A program made the translations under genes and the position numbers. Source: Ostreococcus lucimarinus (Eukaryota). Taken from it: DNA of 64,000 bases. Location: assembly GCA_000092065.1 (NCBI GenBank), contig CP000586.1; one strand, given 5' to 3'. Position 1 is the stretch's first letter. Every line of letters begins with the position of its first letter. The notes under the pieces were generated by a model. It worked only from the letters and a program-made list of their open reading frames with translations, was not told where the DNA came from and ran no database searches. This document shows positions 19,993-33,700 of this stretch, piece by piece.

Positions 19993-20371
19993 GTACCCCC
20001 GCACCGCCGCCTTCCTCTCCTCCGCCGCGGGACCGCCAAAGTTAAATACCGCGCTCGTCTGTCATCGCGCGCGTCCATCGTCAGTCCATCGTCTCATCGA
20101 ACGCGCGCGCCCTTCCCATCATCGCGTCTCCGCGTTCGTCCCGCCGCGTCCGCGTCCGATCCGTCCAACCGAATCGACGCATTCGCGATTCGCGCGCCCG
20201 CCTCGCCCGCGTCGAACCATCGAACGCGTTCGCGTCCTCGCGCGCGCGTCGCCGCCGCATCGCGCGCACCATCACGCCCCCCGCGCGTCGCGCGACGCGC
20301 TCGCGCGTCGCGCGCGGTCGTCGCGCGAGCGCATCCGTCGCCCGCGCGCGTCCGATGATTCCCATCGAACG

Positions 20372-20696
20372 CGTCGTCGTCGTCGTCGTCGTCATCGCCT
20401 CGCGTCCGTTCGCGTCGCGTCCGTCGAGATCTCGTCGCTCGCTCGATCGTCGATCGTCGTCGTCGGTCGACGCGAAGTCAGACGTCGTCGACGCGTCGCG
20501 CCGTCGCGTCGACGATCGACGATCGATCGAATTGAATTGAATCGTCGGTCGGTCGGTCGGTCGATCGATGTTCGCGTCGTCGAAAAATAAATCGACGCGT
20601 CGTCGATCGATTTTCGTATCGATCGACGCGTCGTCGATCGTTTCGAATCGACGTCGTCGATCGACGTCGTCGATCGAGCCATCGCGAGGGGGACCA
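20372..20696. repeat. Low-complexity, simple-repeat tract in the CURT1-like/Myb divergent intergenic region. It contains (CGT)7, (GTCG)5, four or more copies of CGTCGTCGATCG, and TCGATCGA palindromes
   Basis: (cgt)n at 20372..20394, gtcggtcggtcggtcggtcg at about 20546..20566, and cgtcgtcgatcg at about 20609, 20638, 20663 and 20677. Confidence 0.8.
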
Positions 20697-20767
20697 TCGC
20701 GCGTCGCGCGCGAATCCGCGACGACGACGACGCATCGCGCGGCGCGGATTCGCCGACGCGGACAACG

Positions 20768-20854
20768 ATGGCGAAGAAAAACGTCAAGGCGGGGATGAAC
20801 GCGCGGAAGGACGCGCTGGTGGACATGCAGACGGTGTCGGCGCGACAGACGACG
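20768..20854 (+). CDS. TRB-type (telobox-like) double Myb/SANT protein, exon 1 (MAKKNVKAGMNARKDALVDMQTVSARQTT)
   Basis: ATG at 20768. Phase-0 donor ACG|GTGCGC. An alternative donor lies at 20833 (ACG|GTGTCG). The first-exon assignment is tentative. Confidence 0.4.
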
Positions 20855-20969
20855 GTGCGCGAGCGCGCGGACCCCTACGAAAGAGAAAACCCCTAGTAGG
20901 GGACGACGACGACGGAGAATCGCGAACGAATGACTGACGACGCGAGCGACCGGACGACCGAACGCGCAG

Positions 20970-21060
20970 AATAATAAGAAGAGGACGCGAAGAAAGAATG
21001 CGTTTTGGACGGACGAGGAGAAGGACGCGCTCGCGCTCGGGGTCGGGAAGTATGGGACGG
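20970..21060 (+). CDS. TRB-type double Myb protein, exon 2 (NNKKRTRRKNAFWTDEEKDALALGVGKYGTG-)
   Basis: Acceptor cgcgcag| at 20969, preceded by an aatgactgacga branch motif. It encodes the first half of Myb repeat 1. Donor G|GTACGG at 21061. Confidence 0.6.
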
Positions 21061-21168
21061 GTACGGGACGCGAGGACGACGCGTACGCGAGCGCGAGGGG
21101 GAGACGAGGCGCGAGAGTAGGGGACGGGGGACTGACGCGAACGGCGCGCGCGCGCGATGATTTCGTAG

Positions 21169-21725
21169 GGCGTTGGAGCATGATTTTGAAGGATCCGGAA
21201 TTCGGTCGCGCGCTCGCGGCGCGTTCGAACGTTGATTTGAAGGATAAGTGGCGCGCGTCGACGACGCCGACGAAGACGAGGGCGCACAAACCGGGGCTCA
21301 CGCCGCCGTTGTCGCCGTTGGCGAAGTCTGTGGTTTTGAGTCCGCAAGCGCACAAGCAGGGTAAGCGCAAGTGGACGGACGCGGAAAACGCGGCGTTAGA
21401 AGCGGGTGTGCAAGAACACGGCGTCGGACAGTGGGCCGCAATCTTGAAAAATCCAAAGTACGCCCGCGCGCTCAGCGCGCGCTCAAACGTCGATTTGAAG
21501 GACAGGTACCGCTCGGCGAACACGCCCACGAAGTCTGGACGCCCGACATCGCCGATCGCTCCTGATGCGATTAAAACGTACCGCACGCCGGGTTACAAGC
21601 CGACCTCGCCTCGCTTCGCGTCGTCGCCGTACTCTTCGCCCCAGGTACGGTCTCCGCACGATCGCGTACGATCGCCGCCCATCGGTGAACTCCGAGACGA
21701 TAATAAAAGTTGCAGCATCATGTGA
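21169..21725 (+). CDS. TRB-type double Myb protein, exon 3. It holds the second half of Myb 1, the complete Myb 2, and an S/P-rich tail
   Basis: Acceptor tttcgtag| at 21168, with a ggactgacg branch motif upstream. Splicing restores W-x19-W spacing in Myb 1 (WTDEEKDALALGVGKYGTGRW), identical to Myb 2 (WTDAENAALEAGVQEHGVGQW). Both carry the LKDPEF/LKNPKY...RSNVDLKD(K/R)(W/Y)R telobox helix. Confidence 0.7.
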
Positions 21726-21768
21726 TTTACGTCTAGTCGTTGTACTACAATCGCTAATTTTGTCTGTG

Positions 21769-24700
21769 TTAATCGTGACTCGTCGCCATTTCGAACCACT
21801 GTCGCAACAAATCGCTTATCGTCGCCGGGAGCTGCGACACGTCTTGCACGAGGACGTAGAATGGAAACGGAAACGAGTCCAAATACTTTTTCATCACCGG
21901 TTTGCCTCCCGTGAATGACACACTTTGCATGTTCAGTAGACTGTTTTGGGGATTATCGAGCACGATGAACGCGACGAGTAACCCGCGCTGCGCACCAACT
22001 TCTCGCATGCACCTTCGCAAGGCTTCCTTTTCGTGAAATCGACCGTCGGCGATGATGAGCACGAGCTGCTGGAGCTTCGTGCCGCCGCCGCGAATTTGTT
22101 CTCGCGCGACGCTCAGTCGCGCAGCCATGGTTTCGAGGAGTTGAACCATTGGTCGATCGGCCAAGGTGTTGTCTTCCGCGAACGACAGCTTGCTCACGAG
22201 CGATGGGCCCTCTTGGTCGGTAAACGGCGCGCCGAGCGGATGCAGCGTGCGCACCGCGTTGGCCCCGGCGCCGAAGCCTACGACACCGATCTCTCCGACC
22301 TCTAAACGAGCCATGGCGCGCGCCAGGAGAACCATTGACTCAAGAGCGATGTGGCCGCAGTGGTTTTCTGCCATAGATCGCGAGTCATCGATGGCAAGCA
22401 TCACTTGATACTTGCGAGCCGAAGGTCTCGAACGTCTGAGCCAAATTTTGTCCTTTCTGAAATCGCTGGCAATGTAAGGAATAATCTTCCGCATGTTTAG
22501 TCGCTTGCCGGTTTTGTAATCCCCTTGAAGTCGACTTGCAAGCGTTGGCTCGAGAATCAGTCGAAGTTTCTCTGCAAGTTCAGCCGAAAGCGCGGTGGTG
22601 AGCTGCTCCAACTTCCGCCACAAGTTTTGCGCGTTGGCCTCGTTGCCCCGCTCTTTGGCTGACTTTTCACGCCATTGCGTAAGACTTTGCTCAGCCTCGA
22701 TGCGCGCGAGTTCGACGTCTTCCGGCGTGAGCTCGTGCACAACTTCACCTGCTCCACCTAGAGAAGTGTGTTCGAGCTGTAAAGCGATCGTCGACTCTTC
22801 ACCAGTTTCGCCTTCACCGCCGGCGACGAGCTCTCGCTCGGTCATCGTTTCATCTTCGTCGGCCTCTTCGCCATCGATCGCAGCAGTTTGTGCATCCGTC
22901 GATGCAATGTCTTTCTTCGGTTCGCTACTTTTACGCTGTCTCTTCATCGCGGCGCTAGCGCCGTCGTCTTCGCGCTCGTCGTCGTTGCCGGGACCTTGAT
23001 CGCCTTCATCAGTCGCGTCGACCCGAGAGTCTTGACGCATCTCCATGGGCTCGAGGCCTTCTTCGTCTTCATCCTCCGATTCTTCTGGCACGTCATTCAA
23101 ACTGTTCTTCGTTGCTTGTTCCTCCGTCGCGTTACCAAGCGTCTGAATACCCTTATTGTCTTTACCGTCTTCGTCATCCACTCCGCCTTTTTCCGCAGCT
23201 CGCTCGAACTCGTACTCGTCGCCTTCGCCACCGCCGTCGTCCCCGCCTTGGTCTCCTGCGGTATCGTTCTCAGCAGCGTCCCCAACGACATTCAAACGTT
23301 CGCGCCAGCTCTTCAACGCGTCACCGAGCGAACGATGCGGGTTCGCATCTTGCTGACGTTGCGGCGGGGGAGGCGTCTTCTTATCTCCATCGCTCGCGGG
23401 ACCGCCCGTCATCGGCGCGACCGTGCCTTCACCGCCGCTCGCGCCCGCACCAGTGCCTTCACCATCCGCACCGGCGCTCGGTATGTCGGTCGATGACTGT
23501 GGTAGGGGCAACTGTCTTCCATCGTTGCCTTCGTTGACGTCGGTATCCATCGCGCCATGCGCCTGTTGCTTCGTTTCTTCTTCTCCTTGACCATCAGATC
23601 CTTGCGCGTTGGCGCCCGCTTCACCGCCTTGACCTTGGGTTTCGTTGACGTCTTGATCGCCACCTCCCCCGTCACCTTGACCTTGCAGGCCGCCTTCTTC
23701 GCCGTCTTCGTCCATTGCGTCGTCCGCGGCGATGGCATCATCCTGGAGATGATCGGTGGCGCCTTCTTCTTCGTCGTCGGCTTGGGCGACCTCGTCGTCG
23801 TCCACGTCCATGACGTCGTCCGTGAGACCACCGTCGCCGTCTTCGTTCATCTCCCCATCCGCGTTTTCGTTTTGTTCATCGGCATTCACATCTTCAGGCG
23901 GTGCACCATCGAGTTCCTCGGCGTCTTCGTTTTGCATCGACTCATCGTTGGCGTCGTCTTCCGCGTCCTCGCCTTGTTCGTCTTCCTCTTCGAGTTTCAA
24001 GTCGTCGAGCTCAAACTCCTCAGGCTCGGGTAACGACGGGTTTTTTCCGTGATTCTCTTCGACTTCCTCCTCATTCTGCTTACCGTCATCGTTGGCGTCA
24101 GGAGCACCGGATTGATCGTTTTCTTTCGGTCGATCCTTCTCGTCTTCGCCGCTTTCTTCGCCTTGATCTGGATCTTTCGGCGGTCCGTCGTCGTCCTCCT
24201 CCGCCGCGCGCGTCTCAGTCTCCTGCTTTTCGTCCTGCTTCACGCTCGACCCTTTTTCGTACTTCTCCGGAGCCTCATTCTTCTCGTCATCTTTATCGTC
24301 TTCGTCGTTCCACATGCGTTCGTCGATGACGTCGCCGTCGTCGCCATCCTCACCCATTTCCTTCTCCATGTCCTCCCTGGGATCGTCTTCGTCTTCGTCG
24401 TCACCGCCCGCGTCGACGTCTTCCATGACACCCTCGAAGTCATTTTGCATCTCTATCCCGCCGTCCTCCTCTTCTTCGCCGCCGCCCTTGTCTTTATGCT
24501 CTTCCTCTTCCTTCTCGAGATCCTCCATGCCCAGGATTTGATCTTCGTTTTCAATTTCATCCGCGACGTCCTTCTCGCCTTCGCCCGCGCCCATGCCGGT
24601 ACCAGATTGATCGTCCATCATGCCACCACCGGCTTCACCGTCGGCTTCTTCAGGTGGAATACAGAACCCCTCCACGGATAAACCAAGGAATAGTGCGGTG

Positions 24701-27700
24701 AGTACGGACTCGAGCTTGCAGGAAGACTTGTGAAAGTTGATGTACTCAAAGAGAACGGTTCGCACGGCGCTTCGTAACAGGCCCAAAAGCGGAGCGACGG
24801 TACCCGCGCGCGCTGCGACAAAGTTTGACACATCTCGATCATCGATGGCGTGCGCTTCGTCGACAACAGATTTGACATCATTGACGACATTACGTACGGC
24901 GTGTACGATGTGCTCGAGTCGTTTCGGGTTCATAGCACCGCCCACCGCAGCTTCGTACGTCGTCATAGAGCCTTCGGCTTCTTCCTCCTCGTCTTCACCT
25001 TCTGCGACGATTTCACGTTTGATCATGATTGGTTTCGACGAAGCATCGACGCCTTGAACCCAAATCAAAGTCGATTGTACGACAGTTTCGATGTTTTCAC
25101 TCAGTTTTCCGATGCGCTTTGAAATAGACACGACGTCTCCGGCGACGTTTTCGCCCCCTGGCGAGACGCCGTTCGTGAAGTCCTTTTCAAATCTGGTAAC
25201 GTCCAAGTCCACAATGGAACGCAAGAAATCCCAGCCAGGCACCGCATTTGCACCATGCATTCCGATATCACCAGTGGTCAATCGTACTTCGGCTTCGACT
25301 TGCGCACTCGCAAGTAACTTCTTTACGCGCTTGAAGTCGTCGAAATTTGCCTGGATGGCGGCCACAGCGTCACTCGATGCGACGGCGTTCAATCGCCAAG
25401 GTTCCAATGACGGACGATCGTTGCCCACACGTATATCTACACTTTCTAGTGTACACGCGAGGAATGGCTCGAGACGCGCCCGGGCGCGGTGCGCCAGATC
25501 TTTGCATTCAGTTAAAGCCGTCACAACCGCGGCCGTAGTGGGTTTTACCTGCGACAGAGGCTCTGCCGCGGAAATCGCCCTGTTGAGTAAACTCACGTCG
25601 ACACACGCCGTCGCAAAACGATCGATGATATCGCGCTGTTCAATCAGCCATGATTCTGCAAACCGCTGGGATGGAAGATTTCCGTGCGCACTCAATGCGT
25701 TGAGCGACGAGTAAGCGATATCGATATCCGCCTCTGCTCCAGCGGCGGCGGAAATCGTAGACCTTTGCGTGCGCAAAATGTGTAACAAATGCTCACACGA
25801 TAGTGTCGCAATCTCCACTTCGCGACTCGTCAAGTCTGGATTCTGCGCCCCGCGCATAAGCCAGAGACGCTGAATTCGAGCCATTGAACGATAGTAGTAC
25901 TTGTCCGCCGCTCTAAAAGCATTGGTCGCGTCCTCGCCGAGGATGGCGAGGCATCGAGGTTCCTTCATTGCTTTCTCCATGAACCACATCGTCGCAGCGC
26001 GATACTCTACCGGCACAGCGCCTCGAGAGTGTTTAATTCCCATGGCTGGCAAAGTTTTGAGCAAGTCCTGAAAAGCCTTCTTCTTGATTGCCTTCTTCGC
26101 TGCCTTGTCGTCTCGAAGCGCATTCGCGCGCTTTGCGATTGTCACGGCAAAGTCATCGAGAGATTCAGCTCCGGCGGTACGCACGTCGTAACCATCTTCG
26201 CCGTTCAACGCTCGATCTAGAATAGTTCCCATGCGTTTCACCAGTGATGGAAGGCGCGCGCGGTAAGAGGTTTCATCGACATCAATCGCGGCTGGATGGT
26301 ATTCCTTTCGGATTTGTTGCGCCACTCGCGAAGACGTTTCGACCGCATTCTTCGTGCGAGCGCTCGCTTTAGCGCACGCTCCGTTCCATGCATCCCGCTG
26401 TAATCGTAACGATTCTAGTTCTGCTTGTCGCATGGTGTCGATTTCAGCTTGACGAGCGAGCTTGACGGCTTCGAGCTCCTCTTTCGATGGTTTCGCCGCA
26501 TTCGGAAGTATCGGAGTCTGAGTTTGTGTACCATCGTCGACAGACAACTCCTTGAAACCTGTTTGTGATGCAGCGGTCTCCAAGACTGGTAGTACTAGTC
26601 CATTGAGAGCGGTGTCAAACGCTCGAACGAACTTGTGCAATGATCGCTGATTCGCTTCGCCCTGGACCTTCATCGCGTGATAGCCTCGATCTTCCCATTT
26701 CGCGAGCTTGGCGTGATCTCGAAGTTTAATCTCGCATGGTTTGCGAATCGTCTCAATATGTTTATCGACGACGCTCGAAAACTGAGAGTAGTATCGCCAA
26801 ATGTTGTACAGAACTGCGCAAAGTGCGTCATCGTGGCTGCTGGTACTTGCACCTCGCGCCTTGCACGCGCGCGTTTCGACTTCCAACTCGGCGAAAAAGC
26901 ACCAAATCAATTCCAATCGCGTTTCAAACTCACCGATTGTCGAACCTTGAAGATATTCTTCCAGTGCAACGGTAAGACTTCGAATCTTCTCAACGTCAAC
27001 GTTGTGGATTTCATCTTCCGGAGCATCATCGCCAGACAAAGCGCGCGACTTCATCGAGCTGAGTAAACGATAAATGGCAAACCATGTTCGCTTGGCTCGA
27101 GATGCGTGTCTCTCGCTACAACGAGCGAGAAGCCGCGGCCAAGTACGAACTTCGCGCGCACGCCAACGAAGTGCGAGCTTTGCACATTCGTTGAGCTCAT
27201 TCTTAAGCGATGTGTGCTCTGCCGAAGACTCCTCCCAAATCTGCGCTCGAGCGAGAAGGAGCTCGATACCTGTCAAACCAGCCTTCACTGGGCCCAATAG
27301 CGGCAAAGAGAGCATTCGATCGCATAATTCGGCGAGTTGCGTCAAAAGAGGGTGTTCTGGCCATTCGTCGAGCAGTTGCGTCAGCCTTCGTCGCGCCGCC
27401 GCCACGGGAGGAACGATAAGCGCCATTTCTCCTGGGCATCCGCCGACGGTGAGCTCGTCGTCGAGCGCATCTGCCGCTGCGTCTTCATCTAGCTCGGCTT
27501 GACTTCTCTTCGTTCTCGCTCTCAGCGCTTCTTCTTCCTCTGGCGTCGCTTGCGATTCGTACGGTGACGTGCCAAGCGTATCAACCGAAAGCGCTGGGCG
27601 CGACACGGCGGAATACTCCAACGCCACGCGGAGGGAGTGCCCGAAGCGCGACGCATAATCGACGGCTACTGGAAGCGATAATTGACTCGCTTTCAAGACA

Positions 27701-30700
27701 GATATTCCTGTGTCATACGACCGCGCAAACTCGGACGCGCGTAATGCTTCATCGGTGTTTAAATTTCGCACGTATTTGCCATACTTGGTCAAACGCATTG
27801 ATTGAACAATCTTCTCCTGGGCGCTCAATGATTCCTCAGTCGAGTGCGCAGGCGCACCGCGAAGAGTGGCAAGAGCCGCGTAGTGAACGTTCACAAGCTC
27901 TTCAGCGAGTTCGCCTTCGAGGATGCCGGCTAAGCGTGCTGCGCGGGTGATGTCCACTTCGTCATCAACCTCTTGAGATTTTGGCTCATCTTCCACGCAA
28001 TCGTGCTCGAGCATCAGGGGCGCATCCGGCGCATCCTTGAAATCGGCGAAACCTGCGGCAAAATCCTTGAAAGCGATGCGATATGCGCGCTCCTCCGTCT
28101 CTTGGTCGTTCGCTTCCGTAGATTCATAGGAGCTTGGACCCTTGGTGGCTTGTTTGAATATTTCGGTGGCGAGCCTATCGGCCTCTGCGTCTTCTTCTCG
28201 ACAACTGTCGTAGAGCGCAGAAAACGCTGCAAAGCATTTGCTCAAACGTTGCCAACTCTTCATGCTCAGCGCACCTCCGCGACGAGCTTCGGACAGAGCA
28301 CTCGTAAGCGCAACGCGTAGCGCACCTAGCTCTAAATCGCCCGATTTCGGGTTGGACGGAAGATGCGCTGCCGCCGCATTCTCCGCACTACTGAGTGCTC
28401 GTAGCACTCGATCTTCGCTAAGCATCAGCGCTGCTGAACCTTCGTAGGCGGCGTTGACGACCGTCGGGAACGAAAACAATGCGACCGCGGCGGAAACTAT
28501 TTCGCCGTTATTTTTCATGCGCGCACGCGCGGCTTCGGCGGCGAGAGCGACACCACGGCGAATCTCGTACACCGCAAGTTGAAGCGGTTGCGTCATATCG
28601 CGGTACGACGAATACTCATCATCCAATAGCGAGCTCCACTGCGCGCTCGATCCGAGCCACGTCTCAGCTTCCATGATCGTGGTTTCATCTGGCTTGAGTG
28701 CAGAACACTTTTGCAGCAGCTGAAGCAGCCTCTGCGCAGAGGCCAAACCTTCGCGGAACTGTACGACGACACGGCGAAGCGCGGCCCATCGTGACGGCGT
28801 CGGGCGCGGAAGGGCTAGAGTCCTTAATCTCTCGCGCTCAGACGAAAGACGTTCATCAAGTTGTACGCAGTCAACTAAACTCTGAGCGTCGCCGCTCGGC
28901 GCGGATGGCGTGCGTTGATGCCAAGTAATTACACCGATGAGTGGCTGGACTTCGCGCTCGAGCGTCGTGTCCAAATGCCAGAGCTCTGTCCGCACGGTGA
29001 CAGCTGGATCGGATAACCCGGCTGGAAGCAGAAGATTGAGACGAAGCACACCAAGAAGCGCCCACGCAGCGCCGCGACGCCCCTTGTCGCGCGCGCCAGA
29101 ATCACCGGAAAGGGTTGCACTTTTCACAACATCTTTGTGCGATGCTCCCTCGCACACCGCGACAATCAAAGGCTCGAGTACGGCTTCACGCATAGCTGCG
29201 AGCGGCGAGTACGCATCACACAGATGTGCGCATGCTGTTTTAAGCATTTTAATTGTGCGCGCAGCTTCGTTCGCCGTTTGCATCGCACCATCGCTGACCA
29301 ACTTCATCATCGCATCGACGGCATTCACCAGTGCGGTAGCGCTTTCGCCACCGTCTTCGAGCAACGTCACATGGCTGAGCAGCATTTGTGCGGTTAGCCC
29401 TGCAAGCGAAATCCAATCTTCGATTGATGCATGCACGGGGTTTGCGCGCTCGAAGCGTAAAAGCCTTGATGCCATGCGCAACTGTACCATACGAGGCAAA
29501 CGCTCGGCGCAGCCAATATTGGCGTCCGTCACAATGCCGGACACGAACGCCGTCGCCGTGGCGCGTTCAAATCGAATCGGTCCCGAAGCGGATGCCCAAA
29601 ACGATGACATTGTACTTTCGGACGACGCGTCAGCCTTAGCTTTGGGTAACAGCGCGCGAGGAACGCCGTCAATGGCGTTATCCCATTGCGATGCGTGCCA
29701 ACGAAGCCACATATCGTGCAGATGTTCAGCTAGCCCTTGTGACTTTTCAGACGCGTTGGCGCCGGACGCATCACCGTATAACCAGAGCAAATGACGATGC
29801 GCTACAAAGTCAGCGGGTGATCTTGGGGATGCTGCGATACCGAACGTGACTCCTTGTGCTGCGAGCATCGCTTCGCTTTTACTCATGACCTTTCCATCAC
29901 GTTCGGTCATTAATCGTGCGGTCAGTTGGCTGAGAAGCTTTGACTGCGATGAAATTGACCAAAGCTCGGCGATTGGATTCAGCGTGGAGTGTAGCCGCGC
30001 AACAGCTTCCCACTTTAACGCCCAGGCAGGAAAACCAAGCGCTGGGTATGCCGGTACGGCTACGTCAGCGATTGCCCCGAGTTTCCATGGCTCATCTTTA
30101 TCGATAGACTTCAAAAGCTCTTGCGCCGGTAAATCAGAGATATGCCGTCGCTCGCGCAACTCGCTGTTTTCGTCGTCCATTGATATTTCCATGGCAACAC
30201 CGGATGTTTTCGCTCGATCAGCGCATTTCAAACCTAGTAGCCTCGGGATTTCACCGGCTTCGACTTCCATTTCGGAGCTCGTCGAGATATCTGCGTTTGC
30301 CTGGATGTGCGTCCACGCGAAGAAGCATAGTCCTTCCAATGCAGCAGATCGTAAGCCTACTCCGGCACCGAGTGCCGCGCACGACGCCGCAAATGTAGAT
30401 TCGCTCAGAGACGTTTCACCTCCGAATCTTTGCCTCGTCAATAAATGATCAAGATCTGATGCAAACGTCGAGCGCACTTGCAAGGCGTGACAAATATCAC
30501 GTACGTTCTTTTCCATATCGAATAGTGTCGACGTCTTAGGCAGGGACGGTCTGCCGGCGTACTTCCACAAAAGAGGATCGATGGGTTTACCGGGTGGGAT
30601 TTCCAGCGCTTCATCCATAATTGCGGCAGCGCTTTGCAGTTGCTCCGTGATTAGGCTGCACGAGTCAACACCGACGCTCCAATTTTCCAACACGACGGCA

Positions 30701-33700
30701 AACGCTTCGCGAACTTTAGTCCACGCCACGGCGATGGTTTCCACGACATCTGCCGACGCCACGCATCCAGAAGCCGGATCAATCTTGAAACTGTCACCTC
30801 TCGTGGTCATGGTAAGCTGTTCCAAACGAATACGCCAATCTTGAAATTCTCGAAGCAGATTGAAATGCTCGCGAGGAAGCGATTCGCCGATTGTGCATAC
30901 AAGTCGAAGAAGGTCGTCTTCAAAGCGAGCGCAACTGCCCAAGAGCACACTCGCAACGTCAACGCAGGCGTGTACGGGCGCCGCACGCGCACGCGCCACT
31001 TGATCTTGACTGCGCCAAATAGACAATTGCAGACACGAAGGCGCGCCGAGGTTGACAGTCTCGTTCACGTGCCGCACGTGGAGCTCTGTTTTTGCCTTTT
31101 GCAACACGCCTCTTACGATGAGCGACCGCAATGATGAATCAGCGACATGAACGGACTTGACAAATGAATGTTTAGCGACGATATCCAAGGCGTTTAAAAC
31201 GGCCGAGAGTTCGTCGCTAACGGTAGTCATAGAACTTACGTTGCTCACCCGTGCGAATGCAGAAAGTCTCGCAACAATTCCGTTGAAGTTTTGCGAATCA
31301 TCATTCGCTATGGCGACATCCAAAATTCGTTGCGCGCTCGCGTTGAGCGTGACACTTAATTCAGAGATACACTCGGCGTCGGTTTCGTCCAAAGTTGAGT
31401 CGAATCCAATGCGTCGCATCGATGAAGCCACTGGTAACGCGCCAGCGATTAGCGGCGAAAGTGAATGCACGTCACCCGTGCTCGCCAATTGACCTGCAAC
31501 CTGAGCAATCACACCCTCGAACAATGCGGTTTGCGCACGATGCTTACTCTCAACATCGTGTGCATTGTAGCTCAGAGTCTCGTTCATGATGCTGATATTT
31601 GGCCAGCACATTGGTTGCAACATGACGGAACGCGCCGTAGCATCGTCTGCAGCGTGCGCCCCGGTTGAGATGTTGTGCAAAGATGAAAACGCGTGTTCAC
31701 ACGCAGCCTTGAATGCATCGCGCGCGGCTTCGCGTATGACTGCACTTGATTCACCTCTCATGTATACTTGACTCCAACTCGTCGACAATGCAACTCGCAC
31801 ATCGTGCCCACGTGATAGAAGTTCGAGCGTCAACGTTGCCCATTCCACAATGTCTCGAGAAGAAATCCCCTTCATACCAGGTTTGGATACAAAATTCCCG
31901 AGATTCACGTGCGCAGCTATCATGATTGTTTGAACAAACCCACCTGGAATTCCGATAGATTCGAGAATTTTGGCGATATCGTTCTCTACCGTTGGCGTTG
32001 GTGGTGGCATGCAGAGTGGCGGCGGTAGTGCAACATTTTTCTCGTCCACTATCGGCCGTTCAGGCGGAAGCAAGAACACTTCAACACCGCGATTCCGCAT
32101 CGCTCGCGATACTTCACCGTGTCTGGGGTCAATAGCTAAGAACAAACGGAAGTTTGGATGCGCTTTCACGATGCGCGGTTGACCATCAATCAAACCGCAC
32201 TCGTTCACGAGAAGAAATCCCTCAGGCTCAAGAAGCGGGTTCAAACGGTCAAGAACAGTCGGTGAGCACAAATTCGCGTTCTCTAGCAAAACCCACTCGC
32301 CGCTGATGACCGCATTTAGTAAGACACCGTCGACCCACTCGAACTTTCCGGCATCTGGTGAGGGGCCAGGAGCCCACGCTGGTTGGCCAACATTTTCGAC
32401 GCGCTCCTTCAAACGCAAGGAACGGGCACCGGCATCGACTTCATAGAGCGCTTTGAGCACATCCAGTAGAGCAGTGTATGAATCTCCACCGGACATATCG
32501 ACACTACGCTGCATGATAACTTTGTAACGCTCCCACGTGGTCCAAATTGAGTCAAACAAATCGATGTTTGACCATGTGGCGTGGTTGCCGCACGCAGCCT
32601 TGATGGCTGAGAATATGTCTTCTTCAACCGCGGCTCGATCGCGACTTGGATCGCGCTGTTCGAATGAGCCCAATAGCTCGCTTGTATCGGTTGCTGCAGT
32701 CAATGCTGCTTGTCTCAAGCGATTACCGGATAATGAAGCCAACATTTGCACGATGGTTGTTTTGCCGCTCGCCGCGGAGCCCACGAGAATGGACATCCAA
32801 CCTCGTTGCACGCAATGCGCAACGGCCTCGAACGCGCCGTATTGCCCAGGCAGTAGAGCATACTGGGAGTCGTCGAAGTTGCCCACTTTTGTTTCACCGC
32901 AAATCACGCGCGCATCGCCGATACACAAGTGATCGGCGTCGACGTAGACTCTCCGCTCGTCGCACGTCGGCGGTGCGTACCCAAAAGCATCCTTGAAGAG
33001 TGCCTCGCATCGTTCGCGGTCGGCGTACGTGCGCAACCGTTGCACGAATAACGTACCAAACAAACGCTCCACCGCAACGTGAGGCGCAAACGTCGATGAT
33101 CGTTCGGCGAGGTCACACCAGCGCAAGACGTCGCGCAAGTTGAATTCCCACGGAGAGCCGGCTCTCGCAAATGTGCCACCAGGGATACTCGCCGCATGCG
33201 CGAGTGATGCGTTGAAACGAACCATTGCAGAAATACTCTCGGCCGGAATGGACGGATGGAGAGATCTTGAGATGTGCTTCAAGTCATCCGCGCACATCGG
33301 CTCGACATGCACTCGTGTGAAACGATTCAAGAATGACTTAGGCAAGCCCTTGCGACCACCGCCCTCTTGAACGGGGTTCTGCGCTGCAAAAACTCTGAAT
33401 GACGGTGGACACTTAAACGTCTGTCCAAGCTCTGGAACAAATACTTCCGCGCGATGATCCAAGACCGCGTTGAGACCCTCGAGCACCGGTTGCGGGGCGA
33501 GGTTTAACTCGTCGAGCAAAACCCAATCACCCGCTTTCAGAGCTGCCAAAAACGCACCGTCTGACCAAACAAACTCCCCTGCCGCACCACTGGCGGCAGG
33601 TAAATCGGCGCCGAGTAAATCCATCATATCGGTTTGTTCGCTCAAGTTGAGGCGGACAAGTTTATGACCTGACGCCGCTGCTAGTGCGGAAACAATCGAA

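Noticed and set aside
19618-21586. Long ORFs 19618..20358(+), 19628..20590(+), 19662..20078(-), 20081..21586(-, 501 aa), 20392..20826(-) and 20784..21353(-) across the repeat-rich intergenic region and the Myb gene
   Set aside because: They are composed of RRDRLLRRD and SRR repeats generated by (CGT)n and 18-bp repeats and by GC-rich intergenic sequence. They overlap the better-supported CURT1-like and Myb models. No homology.
22595-24890. Multiple ORFs on both strands (22595..22999, 23112..23537, 23557..24033, 24049..24681 and others) inside the midasin D/E-rich region
   Set aside because: This is the known acidic low-complexity linker of midasin. The overlapping ORFs are frame-shifted or antisense readings of GAn/GAC-rich coding sequence.
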